DNA of 63,158 nucleotides, filler included, from Hausera hauseri (lineage: Eukaryota): NCBI GenBank assembly GCA_046269625.1. It is 11 parts of 11 records of this genome, joined end to end, with 100 filler letters (N's around TTAATTAATTAA, not from the genome) between each part and the next. Parts side by side here need not be neighbours in the genome. Positions count along the whole stretch, not along the records: positions 57,176 to 63,158 come from JBJURY010158644.1; 10 more parts are not named here. One strand, given 5' to 3'. Numbering within the stretch: the first letter of the stretch is position 1; each line of letters begins with the position of its first letter. Under the pieces are notes generated by a model. That model ran no database searches and was not told where the DNA came from. It was given only the letters and a program-made list of their open reading frames with translations. The position numbers were made by a program, and so were the translations under genes. This document shows, one piece after another, positions 62,250-63,158 of the stretch.

Positions 62250-63158
62250 TTTCATACTACTCACGACACATTTGATCGAAGATGAAGATATCCAAACAGC
62301 AATGGATATTGTCAACAGAAACAACAAAGTTGACAATACAGAAGACACTGAAAAGTCAAAAGGCTGTTCAACTGTCGATTTGGACGAGACAAAAGTAATC
62401 TGGAAAATGCAAAATGCAAATCAGATGGAAATTCCAAGTGCAGTATAAAAAGCAATGAAATTAAAAGATTTCTTCAAAATATTGCATTTGTCGAACACAA
62501 GTTCAACAATAGTCAAAAAGGAGGTTGCAAAGGACGTATATGCCAAGATACAGCAGCACAAACCAACTGTACCGATGGAGCACAAAATATCGTTCAGTCA
62601 AATATAATCAAAAGAACACTAATACAAGAAAATGGCTAGCCACGGACAAGAAAACGCGGACTGGAACAATTGGCGAAGGCCGTTAAAGAGGCAAACAGTA
62701 CGCAGGAACGTTTTGTCACTACGGACAATGTAAAGATGAAGTGGCAACAAGAATATAACCGAGGGAAAAAGTCGGTTGAATCTGAAGCTGGAAACCAGAA
62801 CAACTGTTTAAATGATATAGTTGCACAATCCACGATATCCTGAATTCCGTGTGAATCTCGACAAAAGATGGGAAATTCAACCCAAGGAAAAGCCAAAGGA
62901 AAATTCGAATGAGGTCCATCAGTCAAAGCAACAGTTGGCCGAAGTTAAAAGGAAGTTGAAAGAATTTTTTGATTCATTGTGTTGAATTTTTTTGAAAATA
63001 TTATAAGATAGACTTTGCTTATATATCTGCTTCTTTAATTAATGTTTATGTAGTGACGATAACCCCTCTCTCCTATTCCCAACCTCGACATATATAAATA
63101 AGCCATTTTTATAATACTTTGTGAACCGTAATTCTAACAAACATCAATTACAAAGGAT

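Noticed and set aside
62270-62960. Possible transposase N-terminal remnant
   Set aside because: Coding-like but broken, with no diagnostic motif I can support.

Overview
This window is not one locus. It is 11 unrelated eukaryotic contigs or scaffolds joined by artificial 100-bp spacers (N44-TTAATTAATTAA-N44). Contigs: 1-4773, 4874-9120, 9221-14658, 14759-23327, 23428-27916, 28017-33409, 33510-42074, 42175-48178, 48279-52396, 52497-57075, 57176-63158. Most look like an AT-rich invertebrate genome with very short introns (39-45 nt). The contig at 9221-14658 looks teleost-like, and 33510-42074 has a different repeat landscape. Content is mostly mobile DNA: one near-intact BEL/Pao LTR retrotransposon, two decayed CsRN1-like Ty3/Gypsy elements, Polinton/Maverick remnants, and hAT-, mariner-, piggyBac-, LINE- and SINE-type fragments. 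Broken host-gene fragments are also present (NUP205, axonemal dynein, glyoxalase II). Two signals stand out. (1) LTR retrotransposons of two superfamilies each carry a ubiquitin-like domain ending in L-[KR]-G-G|S directly upstream of Gag, and the BEL Gag has CCCH zinc fingers where CCHC knuckles are expected. (2) An intron-containing non-histone gene in a compact, virus-like cluster has two tandem histone-mRNA-type stem-loops just after its stop codon. All family assignments come from motif recognition by eye; no searches were run.
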